Shown piece by piece: positions 1 to 9,723 of a stretch of DNA of 33,281 nucleotides. A program made the position numbers and the translations under genes. This stretch comes from Myxococcota bacterium. GTDB lineage: Bacteria; Myxococcota_A; UBA9160; UBA4427. Within the stretch, counting starts at the first letter, position 1, and each line of letters opens with the position of its first letter. The DNA lies in assembly GCA_036336835.1 (NCBI GenBank), contig JAYZFK010000039.1, positions 1 to 33,281 of the forward strand, read 5' to 3'. The notes below the pieces were generated by a model, which had not been told where the DNA came from, searched no databases, and saw only the letters and a program-made list of their open reading frames with translations.

Positions 1-392
1 ACACTGACCGTCAGCGAATCCCAGTCGGCGCCGACGCGGAGCGAAGCCCCGAGGCCATCGACCCGTTCGGCCAGTGCTAGGGCGTCGCGGTCGCCGGCGC
101 CGCGCTCCATCAGCTCGGCGGTGAAGCCGGCGAGACCCGCGCGCTCGAGCGGCTCGATCGCAGCCCCTCGCCGCACGCTGATTCCGATCACCAGGTGCGG
201 GATGCGCTGGTCGCGCAGCCCGATGCCCGGCAGCCCGCTGGGCAGCGCGAAGCGCGCGCGCCCCCCGGGCTGCGCGACCGGCGCCTCGCGCGGAGGCGGC
301 GGCGGCAGCTGCCAGGCGAGCGTGGGCGACTCGGCGGGCAGCGCGCTGCAGCCGAGCGCAGCGACGAGCGCGAGCGCGAGACCGCGCCTCAT
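1..392 (-). CDS. M16B (pitrilysin-family) peptidase, non-catalytic partner subunit, probable lipoprotein; runs off the window start
   Basis: Not in the ORF track. Translated by hand from ATG at 392, which overlaps the upstream stop (ATGA): MRRGLALALVAALGCSALP...LPSGL...VRRGAAIEPLERAGLAGFTAELMERGAGDRDALALAERVDGLGASL. Has the M16 N-terminal pattern without HxxEH, and a lipobox-like ALGC. Confidence 0.85.
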   Translation of the reverse strand, partial: MRRGLALALVAALGCSALPAESPTLAWQLPPPPPREAPVAQPGGRARFALPSGLPGIGLRDQRIPHLVIGISVRRGAAIEPLERAGLAGFTAELMERGAGDRDALALAERVDGLGASLRVGADWDSLTVS

Positions 393-1783
393 CGGGCGTC
401 CCCGGGCTGCGCCGGTGCCGGACTCGGCTCGCTGGGTGGTGCGATCAGGTGCACGACACTGCGCTGGCTCGCCACCAGGTAGGTTCGCACCACCCGCTGC
501 ACGTCCTCCGCGGTGACGGCATCGATGGCGTCGAGGCGCTCGGCGAGCGGGCGCACGCGGCCGAACGACACGTAATCGCGCCCGATCCGGCTGGCCAGCG
601 AGTGGGCGGTCGTGAGGCCGCCGATCAGGCCGACCTCGAGCTGGCGTTTGGCCTTCGCCACCTCCTCGGGCGTGACGCCGGCGGTCTTGATGCGCTCGAG
701 CTCGCCGAGCAGCAGCGCCTCGACCTCGTCGATCGAAGCGTCGGGCCGCACGCCGGCCGAGGCGTAGAACAGCCCGGTCTCGAGCAGCTCCCAGTAGCCC
801 CCATAGGCATAGAGCGCCTTCGCCTCCTGCGCGACCAGCTTCTGGTACAGCCGGCTCGAGCGACCGTCGGACAGGATCTGGCTCGCGACGTCGAGCGCCG
901 TCGCGTCCGGATGACCCGTCGCCGGTGCGTGCCAGCCGGCCATCAGCACCGGGCTGCGCACGTCGAAGTGGACGATGCTGCGTCGCTCACCGCGTTGCTC
1001 GGGCTCGACCGTCGGGCTGCGCACGATCGTCGAAGGCGCCATGCCGCCGAAGCGCAGCCGGATGCGCTCGAGCGTCTCGTCCGCGTCGAAGTCTCCGGCG
1101 ACGGCGATCACCAGGTTGTTTGGCGCGTAGTAGGCGTCGAAGAACTCCTGGCAGGCCTCGACCGTCACGCCCTCGACGTCGCTGCGCCAGCCGATCACCG
1201 GCCAGCGGTAGGGGTGCGCCTGCCAGGCGAGCGCGCCGAGCGCCTCGAAGGCGCGCCCGTTCGGGTTGTCCTCGGTGCGCATCGAGCGCTCTTCGAGCAC
1301 CACGTCGCGCTCGCTCGTCAGCATCTCCTCGCCGATCGCGAGGTTCGCGAAGCGCTCGGCCTCGAGATCGATCACCAGCGGCAGCGATTCGCTCGTCACG
1401 TCCTCGAAGTAGACCGTCACGTCGCGGCTGGTGAAGGCGTTGATGCGCCCTCCCCTGGCGCCGATCAGCCGGGCGTGCAGCTCGGGCTCGATGTTCTTCG
1501 AGCCCTTGAACATCATGTGCTCGAACAGGTGCGCGATCCCGGTGTAGCGGGTCTCGTCGCGCGAGCCGGCGGTGACCCAGACCTGGAACGAGACGACCGG
1601 GGTGGCGTGATCCTCGAGCAGGAGGACGCTGAGACCGTTTTCGAGCTGGTGGCGCTCCAGCCGGAGCGCCGGATCGTCGATCTCGAGCGCTGCGCCGGCG
1701 CCGGTGCCGGTGCCGGTGCCGAGTGGGACCACGAGCGCGAAGAGAGAGCCAATCCTGGGCAGGAGCCGTCGCGCGAGCCGCAT
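389..1783 (-). CDS. M16 family zinc metallopeptidase (catalytic subunit) with signal peptide
   Basis: Inverted zinc motif GIAHLFEHMMFKGS, NAFTS, ERDVVLEER, HPYRWPVIGW and YYAPNN motifs; hydrophobic N-terminus. Confidence 0.95.
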   Translation of the reverse strand: MRLARRLLPRIGSLFALVVPLGTGTGTGAGAALEIDDPALRLERHQLENGLSVLLLEDHATPVVSFQVWVTAGSRDETRYTGIAHLFEHMMFKGSKNIEPELHARLIGARGGRINAFTSRDVTVYFEDVTSESLPLVIDLEAERFANLAIGEEMLTSERDVVLEERSMRTEDNPNGRAFEALGALAWQAHPYRWPVIGWRSDVEGVTVEACQEFFDAYYAPNNLVIAVAGDFDADETLERIRLRFGGMAPSTIVRSPTVEPEQRGERRSIVHFDVRSPVLMAGWHAPATGHPDATALDVASQILSDGRSSRLYQKLVAQEAKALYAYGGYWELLETGLFYASAGVRPDASIDEVEALLLGELERIKTAGVTPEEVAKAKRQLEVGLIGGLTTAHSLASRIGRDYVSFGRVRPLAERLDAIDAVTAEDVQRVVRTYLVASQRSVVHLIAPPSEPSPAPAQPGDAR

Positions 1784-1833
1784 GCGGGTTACCGTAGTGG
1801 GTGGACACGGTAGTGTCGACCGAGGGAGACCCG

Positions 1834-2280
1834 ATGCAAGAAGCCGACAGCGAGCTTCAGCAGCTCTTCGAGCAGGCGCGCAGTGTCGCGGTCGTGGGCA
1901 TCAAGGACCTCGAGTCCGAGGACGCCTATCGGATCCCGCAGTACCTGCAGGCTCACGGCTACCGGATCGTGCCCGTGAACCCGAAGCTCGACGACGTGCT
2001 CGGCCAGCCGGCGCACGCCTCGCTGCGCGACGTCGACGAGCCGATCGACATCGTGAATCTGTTCCGCGCCGCCGAGCACATCCCGCACCACGTCGACGAG
2101 ATCCTCGCCATGGACCCTGCTCCGAAAGCCGCCTGGATGCAGCTGGGCATCCACCACGGCGACGCGGCCGCGCGGCTGCGCGCCGCCGGCATCACCGTGG
2201 TGCAGGACCGCTGCATCATGGTCGAGCACCGCCGGCTGATCGAGGCGACGGCCGCGGACCGAGAGCGCGAGCGCGAATGA
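1834..2280 (+). CDS. CoA-binding protein (YccU-like)
   Basis: VAVVG...YLQAHGYRIVPVNP...IDIVNLFR...WMQLGI...GITVVQDRCIMVEH; GGGAGA ribosome-binding site before ATG 1834. Confidence 0.92.
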   Translation: MQEADSELQQLFEQARSVAVVGIKDLESEDAYRIPQYLQAHGYRIVPVNPKLDDVLGQPAHASLRDVDEPIDIVNLFRAAEHIPHHVDEILAMDPAPKAAWMQLGIHHGDAAARLRAAGITVVQDRCIMVEHRRLIEATAADRERERE

Positions 2281-2867
2281 GCCTGCGCGTCCCGGTCCAC
2301 TACGACCTGGCCTCGACGCTCTGCTACGTCGCCCACCGCACCCTGCCCCGCCTGACCGAGACACTCCGCGAGCTCGAGATCGAGCTCGTCTGGCGCCCGC
2401 TCGATCTCGCGCGCCTGCTCGGCTGGCGGCGCGGCGGGGTCGTGGCGGGCCATCGGCGCCGCAACGCTCTGGCGGTCGCCGAGGAGTTCGGCGTCGCGCT
2501 CCGCATGCCGAGCCACTGGCTCGACTCGCGGCGCGCCTTGGCCTTCGGCCTGGCGCAGCGCGACCCCGCCGTCGCGGCGAGCTGGCGCGAGCGCGTCTTC
2601 AGCGCGGTCTTCGAAGAGGGGCGCTCGATCGATCGCGACGACGAGCTGGCGCGCCTGGCGCGCGAGCTCGGCCTGACGCTCGATCCACATGCGATCGACG
2701 CCGGGCTCGACGAGCTCGCGCGGCTGACCGAGCGGGCACGCGACGCGGAGGTGACCGGCGTCCCGACCTTCCAGCTCGGCGCCTGGCCGCTCGGAGGCAT
2801 CCAGAGCGACGAGACGATGCGCGCGATCCTGGGCCGCTGGGCCGACCGGCAGCGAACGCTGCGCTAG
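2277..2867 (+). CDS. DsbA-family / 2-hydroxychromene-2-carboxylate isomerase-like thioredoxin-fold protein
   Basis: C-terminal part of ORF 1704..2867, starting at an ATGA overlap at 2277. Motifs YDLASTLCY, VFSAVFEEGRSI and cis-Pro VTGVPTF. Confidence 0.85.
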   Translation: MSLRVPVHYDLASTLCYVAHRTLPRLTETLRELEIELVWRPLDLARLLGWRRGGVVAGHRRRNALAVAEEFGVALRMPSHWLDSRRALAFGLAQRDPAVAASWRERVFSAVFEEGRSIDRDDELARLARELGLTLDPHAIDAGLDELARLTERARDAEVTGVPTFQLGAWPLGGIQSDETMRAILGRWADRQRTLR

Positions 2868-2889
2868 GCGAGCCGGCTATGCTGGCCGC

Positions 2890-3237
2890 GTGGCGCGCAC
2901 CGTCTACTCGTCCGACCGGGGCCGCATCTGCTCCACCTGCAGCGCACCCGTCGACCTGTGTCGCTGCAAGCAGGTGCGCAGTCGCGCACCGCAGGGCGAC
3001 GGCATCGTGCGCATCCGCCGCGAGACCCGGGGACGCAGGGGCAAGACCGTCACCACGATCAGCGGTCTGCCGCTGCCCGAGGACGGGTTGCGCGATCTCG
3101 CCAAGCAGCTGAAGCAGCGCTGCGGCACGGGCGGCGCGCTCAAGGACGGCGTGATCGAGATCCAGGGCGATCACCGCGACACCCTGCGGGCCGAGCTCGA
3201 CGAGCGCGGCTTCGCTGTCAAGCTCGCCGGCGGCTAG
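2890..3237 (+). CDS. yciH: SUI1/YciH translation initiation factor homolog with N-terminal Cys-rich segment
   Basis: VYSSDRGRICSTC..CRC; RETRGRRGKTVTTISGL; LAKQLKQRCGTGGALKDGVIEIQGDHRD. Confidence 0.95.
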   Translation: MARTVYSSDRGRICSTCSAPVDLCRCKQVRSRAPQGDGIVRIRRETRGRRGKTVTTISGLPLPEDGLRDLAKQLKQRCGTGGALKDGVIEIQGDHRDTLRAELDERGFAVKLAGG

Positions 3238-3244
3238 GCGGCGC

Positions 3245-3260
3245 ATCCCGGCGGCGGGAT
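3245..3260. terminator. Small hairpin between convergent yciH and GT2
   Basis: ATCCCG-GCGG-CGGGAT inverted repeat; no U-tract. Confidence 0.3.
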
Positions 3261-3991
3261 CATCGCGATCTCTGGCTGCTGCCCCGCTGCATCCGGGCGA
3301 CCGCAACCAGATCGACCAGCGCGGGGCCGAGCCGGTTCCACACGCCGTACTTCGAGCGGCCGAAGCGGCGCGGGCGATGCGTGACCGGTCGCTCGGCGAC
3401 GCGTGCCCCCTCGAGAGCGAGCAGGATCGGCAGGAAGCGGTGCAATCCGCCATACAGCTTGACGCGCCGCAGATAGCGCGTGCGCACCACGCGCAGCGAG
3501 CAGCCGATGTCGCTCACCTCGTCGCCCAGGACGAGGCGTCGAACCCTGCTGGCGATCCGCGACGACACGCGGCGCAGAGCGCTGTCGCGGCGCTCGAGCC
3601 GGACGCCGCCCACGAGATCGGCGTCGACGAGACCCGCGAGCAGGCCGGGGATGTCGGCCGGATCGTTCTGACCGTCGGCATCCAGGATCGCAACCACGTC
3701 GCCGCGGGCCGCTCGGAAGCCCGCGTCCAGTGCCGCCGACTGACCGCAGTGAGTCGGCAGCGACAATACGCGCAGCCGCGAGTCCTTGCGCCGCCACTCG
3801 TGCAGCCGTTCGAGGCTGCCGTCGGAGCTCGCGTCGTCGACGAAGATCCATTCGAGCGAGAGACCGAGACCGTCGAGTGCCGCATCGAGCTCGCCGAGCA
3901 GGGCATCGAGCGAGGCGACCTCGTCGTGGACGGGCACGACGACCGACAGGCTGTGGATATCGCGGGGCAGCGCGCCAGGCGGCGCGCTCAC
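3260..3991 (-). CDS. Glycosyltransferase family 2, polyprenol-phosphate glycosyltransferase (ArnC/DPM1-like)
   Basis: SVVVPVHDE, FVDDASSDGS, GQSAALDAGF, ILDADGQNDPADI, DIGCSLR, HRFLP, HRPRRFGRSKYG; GTG start at 3991 overlaps the upstream stop. Confidence 0.93.
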   Translation of the reverse strand: MSAPPGALPRDIHSLSVVVPVHDEVASLDALLGELDAALDGLGLSLEWIFVDDASSDGSLERLHEWRRKDSRLRVLSLPTHCGQSAALDAGFRAARGDVVAILDADGQNDPADIPGLLAGLVDADLVGGVRLERRDSALRRVSSRIASRVRRLVLGDEVSDIGCSLRVVRTRYLRRVKLYGGLHRFLPILLALEGARVAERPVTHRPRRFGRSKYGVWNRLGPALVDLVAVARMQRGSSQRSR

Positions 3992-4608
3992 GCGGCCTCG
4001 CGGCACAGCAGGAACCAGCTGCCGAGGTCCTTGCCCTTGCGCGCGGCCGAGCCAATCGTCACGTGCTCCGACACACGTCGCAACGTGTCGATCATGAAGC
4101 CGTACACGAAGCGCGACAGTCCGCGCTCGTTGCTGCGGATCTCGGGCCAGCCCGATGGATGCGCGGGCGGCAGGCGGCGATAGTCGACCCATACCTCTGC
4201 GTCGGCGCGCTCGGGATTCGGCACCGCCACGAAGTAGCCGGGGCCCGTGACCGGCGACATGGACTGGAAGTTGAAGCCGTAGAGCTCGGCGGGCTTCTCG
4301 GGATCCGAATCTTCCGGCCGGCAGAAGCGCTTCTCGAAGTGCGTGAAGGCGGGCAGCGTGTTCTTGCCGTAGTGGCGCACCGGGGTCATCGCAGCGGTGG
4401 CTGGAGTCACGAGATCCGTCAGGGTCACCGGCCGAAAGCCATCGACAGCCGCATACAGCCTCGCCTGATCGCGCCGACCGACCGCGCGCACCGCCGCGAC
4501 GCGGTCTTCGTGCCTCGCGCGGTCGAGCCAGGCTGCGATCTCGCTCGGACGGCCCGCGGCCTCTCGAATCCGCGCACTGAACTCATCCGCGGGCGTCGTC
4601 ACACTCAT
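3988..4608 (-). CDS. Hypothetical protein (206 aa), translationally coupled to the GT2
   Basis: C-terminal part of ORF 3988..6372. ATG 4608 with GGAGG RBS; natural protein-like composition (GKNTLPAFTHFEKRFCRP, GPGYFV, DTLRRVSEHVTIG). Confidence 0.85.
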   Translation of the reverse strand: MSVTTPADEFSARIREAAGRPSEIAAWLDRARHEDRVAAVRAVGRRDQARLYAAVDGFRPVTLTDLVTPATAAMTPVRHYGKNTLPAFTHFEKRFCRPEDSDPEKPAELYGFNFQSMSPVTGPGYFVAVPNPERADAEVWVDYRRLPPAHPSGWPEIRSNERGLSRFVYGFMIDTLRRVSEHVTIGSAARKGKDLGSWFLLCREAA

Positions 4609-4683
4609 CGGCACCTCCGGTCTGCGCAAGGTACCGTCGATCGCTGGCGTTGCGCGAACGCGCGCGTCACGGGAGGGGGAAGC

Positions 4684-6390
4684 GTGGCCGTGGGCGCCCG
4701 ACATCGCTCGGAGTGGGCCGTGCTGGTCATTGCGGCGCTCGTCTGGCTGCCGGCTCTCGACGGTCGCGATCTGTGGTCTCCTGACGAGCCGCGCATCGCG
4801 CAGGTGGCCGAAGAGCTGCGCGCCGGCTACGCGGGCCCGACGGGCGCGGTGCTGCTGCACCTCGATGGCCAGCCGTACTCGCAGAAGCCACCGCTCTACT
4901 ACTGGCTCGCCGCAGCCCTCGGTACGCCATTCGGGCACGTCGGCGAGTGGGCCGCACGCCTGCCCTCGGCGCTCGGCGGGCTCGCGAGCCTGGCGCTGAC
5001 GATGGCGCTCGCCCGGCGGCTGTTCGGCGCCGCCTACGCGCCGTGGGCCGGAGGGCTGCTGCTGTCGTGCCATCGCTTCAGCGAGCTGGCACAGCGCGCA
5101 CAGCTCGACCTGCTGCTCACCGCCTGCGAGCTGGCCGCCCTGCTCGCGTGGCTGCGCGCCGAACGCGGCGAGCTCGATCACAAGCGCGCCTTCGCGCTGC
5201 TGCACGCCGCGCTCGGGGCCGGCATGCTGGTCAAGGGCCCGGTCGCGCTGCTGCCGCTGGCCGCGATCGCCGTTCACAGTGTGCTCGAGCGTCGCGCGAG
5301 CGAGCTTCGCGCGCTGTTCGCGCCGCGCGGACTCGCGCTGTCGCTGGGACCCTTCCTGGTGTGGGGCGGGGCGGCGCTCGCGCTCGCACCACCCGGCTTC
5401 TTCCACGACGCGGTGATCCTGAACCTGGGGACGCGCTTCACGTCCGGGACCTCGCACATCCGACCGTTCTACTTCTACGCCTATCGATTGCCGCTCGACT
5501 TCCTGCCGGGAGCGCTGCTGCTCCCCTGGGCCGCCGTGTCGGCCTGGCGCGCGTGCCGCGGTGCGGCACCGCAGCAGCGCAGCTGGCGCCTGCTCTCGGT
5601 CTGGGTGCTCGTCTTCGTCGGGTTCTTCTCGCTGTCGGCGGGCAAGCGCGGCCTGTATCTGCTGCCCACCTTCCCGCTGCTGGCGATCGCGTGCGCCGCA
5701 ACGCTGGTCGACGCGCTCCGCGGGCGCAGCCGGCTGCCGCGCGGCAGCGGCTGGGGACTCGCGGCCGCAAGCGGTGCGCTCGCCATCTCGGGCGCCCTCG
5801 CCCTGGCCGGCGGGCCACTGCTCGTCGAGGTCCCCGAGACACTCGAGCTGCCCGACGCGTTCTTCGCCGCCGTCGTGGTGATCTGCAGTGCGGCCCTCGC
5901 CGCCGGTGCACTCGTCGCCGGGCACGCACAGGCTGCGCTCGTGCGCGCCGGCATCGCACTGGCCAGCGTGGTGGGGCTCCAGGCGAGTGTCTTCCAGCTG
6001 CTCTACCCCGCACTCGACCCCGAGCGCTCGCTGCGCCCAGTCGCCGAGGCCGCGGCGGCGCTGGCCAGACCCGGCGAGAAGATCGGCGTGGTGCATCACA
6101 TGTCCTTGATTCCGGGCCTCACCTACTACGCCGGAGGCGAGCCGGGGCGCTTCGAGAACCTGACCGATCACGCCGCGATCCAGGAGTTTCTGGCCACGGG
6201 ACGAGGGCAGGTGCTGATCAGCGAGACCCGGCGCGACTGGGCGCTCGAGCCCGCACCACACCCGCGGCGCCACCAGTTCCGCTCGGCCGACCGGAGGATC
6301 TGGGTGCTGGCTCCCCGCGGGCGCCGCGAGAGGCTCGGCACACCCCCTCCGGGAGCGCAGACGGACACGCAACTCCCCGTGGGCGCTTAG
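4684..6390 (+). CDS. ArnT-like / PMT-family (GT-C) integral membrane glycosyltransferase
   Basis: WSPDEPRIAQVAEEL, KPPLYYWL, RLPSAL, LVKGPV, HIRPFYFY, KRGLYLLP; many TM segments; GGGAGGGG RBS before GTG 4684. Start approximate. Confidence 0.92.
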   Translation: MAVGARHRSEWAVLVIAALVWLPALDGRDLWSPDEPRIAQVAEELRAGYAGPTGAVLLHLDGQPYSQKPPLYYWLAAALGTPFGHVGEWAARLPSALGGLASLALTMALARRLFGAAYAPWAGGLLLSCHRFSELAQRAQLDLLLTACELAALLAWLRAERGELDHKRAFALLHAALGAGMLVKGPVALLPLAAIAVHSVLERRASELRALFAPRGLALSLGPFLVWGGAALALAPPGFFHDAVILNLGTRFTSGTSHIRPFYFYAYRLPLDFLPGALLLPWAAVSAWRACRGAAPQQRSWRLLSVWVLVFVGFFSLSAGKRGLYLLPTFPLLAIACAATLVDALRGRSRLPRGSGWGLAAASGALAISGALALAGGPLLVEVPETLELPDAFFAAVVVICSAALAAGALVAGHAQAALVRAGIALASVVGLQASVFQLLYPALDPERSLRPVAEAAAALARPGEKIGVVHHMSLIPGLTYYAGGEPGRFENLTDHAAIQEFLATGRGQVLISETRRDWALEPAPHPRRHQFRSADRRIWVLAPRGRRERLGTPPPGAQTDTQLPVGA

Positions 6391-6483
6391 GTTCTTGACA
6401 CGGCGACTGTCGGTCAGCGGCGCTCTTCGCTATCCTGCAGGTTCCGAAACAGGCATATCTGAAGACCAAGAGGAGCCCTGCAC

Positions 6484-7773
<1,290 letters not shown>

Positions 7774-7787
7774 CCCGCGGTCTCACC

Positions 7788-8594
7788 GTGTCCGAGGCCG
7801 GGACCGCACTCCCGTGCTGGAGCGGCGGGCGCGTGCGTCCCCGCTCGGAAGCCCGAATCCGCCCCGACGACTCGGCGCTGCTCGCCGGGCGCGGCCACTA
7901 CACGACGGCGCGCGTGTCGGCCGGCAGGACGCTGTGGGTCGATCGGCACCTGGCGCGCCTGGTGTCCGATGCGCGTCGGCTCGGCCTTCCGGCGGTCGAC
8001 GAGCACACGGTGCGAGCAGCCTTCGCCGAGCTGGCCCGGGCGGCCTTCGGCACGGGCGACGGCGCCATCCGACTCCAGCACTCGTGCGACGCCGCCGGGC
8101 GCACGCACTGGCTGGGCGTGCCGCGGCGGCTGGGCGACGAGCCCGACACCTGGCGCGCGATCCGCGCGCCCTTCGCCCACGAGGGGCCGCGCCCGTGGTC
8201 GGGCGTCAAGACGACCCATACGCTGGCCTACGCGCTGGCGCGCGATGCCGCCCGTCGCCGCGGCGCCCAGGATGCCTTGTTCGCCGACGCAGCCGGCCGC
8301 CTGATCGAGGGCACCCGGACGAACCTGTTCGTGGTGCTCGAAGACGGCAGCTGGGCGACCCCCGATCTGCGCCGCGGGGGGGTCGCGGGGCTGGCGCGCG
8401 AGGTGGTGCTCGAGGCCACGGACGCGTTCGCCGTGCGCGACATCGGCTTCGGCGCGCTGTTCCGCGCGCGCGAGGTGGTGGCCGTCAACGCGCTGCGCGG
8501 CGGCCGCGCCGTCGTCGAGCTCGACGGCCAGCCGATCGGCGCAGCGCGGGGGGCCGCGGTCGAGAGGTTGAACGAGATCCTCGGGCTTCGCTGA
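7788..8594 (+). CDS. PLP-dependent class IV aminotransferase / aminodeoxychorismate lyase-like protein
   Basis: C-terminal part of ORF 6639..8594: HLARL, catalytic Lys in GVKTTH, EGTRTNLFVV, GLAREVVL, VNALRG. GTG start approximate. Confidence 0.88.
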   Translation: MSEAGTALPCWSGGRVRPRSEARIRPDDSALLAGRGHYTTARVSAGRTLWVDRHLARLVSDARRLGLPAVDEHTVRAAFAELARAAFGTGDGAIRLQHSCDAAGRTHWLGVPRRLGDEPDTWRAIRAPFAHEGPRPWSGVKTTHTLAYALARDAARRRGAQDALFADAAGRLIEGTRTNLFVVLEDGSWATPDLRRGGVAGLAREVVLEATDAFAVRDIGFGALFRAREVVAVNALRGGRAVVELDGQPIGAARGAAVERLNEILGLR

Positions 8595-8650
8595 CGGCGC
8601 GCGGGCCGGCTAGGCTGCGAGCCCGGCCCACCTCTGCAGACGGAGACGCA

Positions 8651-9649
8651 ATGAACCTCGGCAAGCTCGCCGTCACGCTGCCCATCCCGTTCCTGGGCTC
8701 GCGCGCCAACGTGGCGCTCGCCGTGCGCTGCGAGCAGGAGTGGGGCTACCACGCCATCTGGCTGGCCGAGACGAACGGCGCCGACTCGTTCGCACTGGCC
8801 GCCGCCATCGCCCAGGCGACCGAGCGCATCGAGATCGGAACGGCCATCGTGCCCGTCTACAACCGCACCCCGGCGGTGCTGGCGATGGCCGCGGCGACGC
8901 TGGCCGAGCTGGCGGAGGGCCGCTTCGTGCTGGGGCTCGGCACGTCGAGCCACGCGATGATCGAGGGCTGGCACGGCGTGCCGTTCGAGCAGCCGCTGGG
9001 CCGGGTGCGCGACACCATGGCGGTGCTGCGCTCCGCGCTGGCCGGCGAGAAGACGAGCTACCGGGGCAGGACGCTGTCCAGCGAGGGCTTCCGACTGGGC
9101 ATCCGGCTGCAGTCGCGGCCGCGCATCTACCTGGCGGCGTTGCGCGAGAAGATGTTGCAGCTCGCCGGCGCGCTCGGCGACGGGCTGATCATCAACATGA
9201 TGCCGCTCGACGCGATGCCCAGGATCGTCACCGCCTACCGCCAGGGCGCGATGGACGGCGAGCGCGACGCCAGCAACGACGAGGTGGTGGCGCGCTTCCA
9301 GATCGCCGTGACCGACGACAAGGACAAGGCGCGCAACCTGGTGCGGGCGGCGTTCGCCGGCTACGTCGCGACGCCGGTCTACAACCGCTTCTTCTCGTGG
9401 GTCGGGCACGAAGACGTGGCGCGGGGCGTTGCCGATGCGTTTGCGCGCGGCGATCGCCAGGGCACCGCGGCCGCGATGCACGACCGCTTCGTCGACGATC
9501 TGGCGATCATCGCCGACGCCCGCGAGTCGCGCGAGAAGCTTGCCGCCTTCGTCGAGGCCGGCGTCACGACCCCCGTGCTGGCACCGCTGTCCGCGACCGC
9601 CGAAGAGACGATCGCCGTGCTCGAGACGTTCGCCCCGGCGCTGCAGTGA
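8651..9649 (+). CDS. LLM (luciferase-like) flavin/F420-dependent oxidoreductase
   Basis: GYHAIWLAE, TERIEIGTAIVPVYNRTP, GRFVLGLGTS, IYLAALREKMLQLAG; GGAGA RBS before ATG 8651. Confidence 0.92.
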   Translation: MNLGKLAVTLPIPFLGSRANVALAVRCEQEWGYHAIWLAETNGADSFALAAAIAQATERIEIGTAIVPVYNRTPAVLAMAAATLAELAEGRFVLGLGTSSHAMIEGWHGVPFEQPLGRVRDTMAVLRSALAGEKTSYRGRTLSSEGFRLGIRLQSRPRIYLAALREKMLQLAGALGDGLIINMMPLDAMPRIVTAYRQGAMDGERDASNDEVVARFQIAVTDDKDKARNLVRAAFAGYVATPVYNRFFSWVGHEDVARGVADAFARGDRQGTAAAMHDRFVDDLAIIADARESREKLAAFVEAGVTTPVLAPLSATAEETIAVLETFAPALQ

Positions 9650-9723
9650 CGCACCGGGACGGAGCGGCGTGATAGAGTCCGCCTCCTCCAAACCCCGTCC
9701 GACGACGATCACGAGGCTGCGCC

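Noticed and set aside
6395..6436. Perfect TTGACA upstream of gltA as a -35 box
   Set aside because: It is 30 bp from the only good -10 (TATCCT 6431-6436), and there is no -10 at 16-18 bp spacing.
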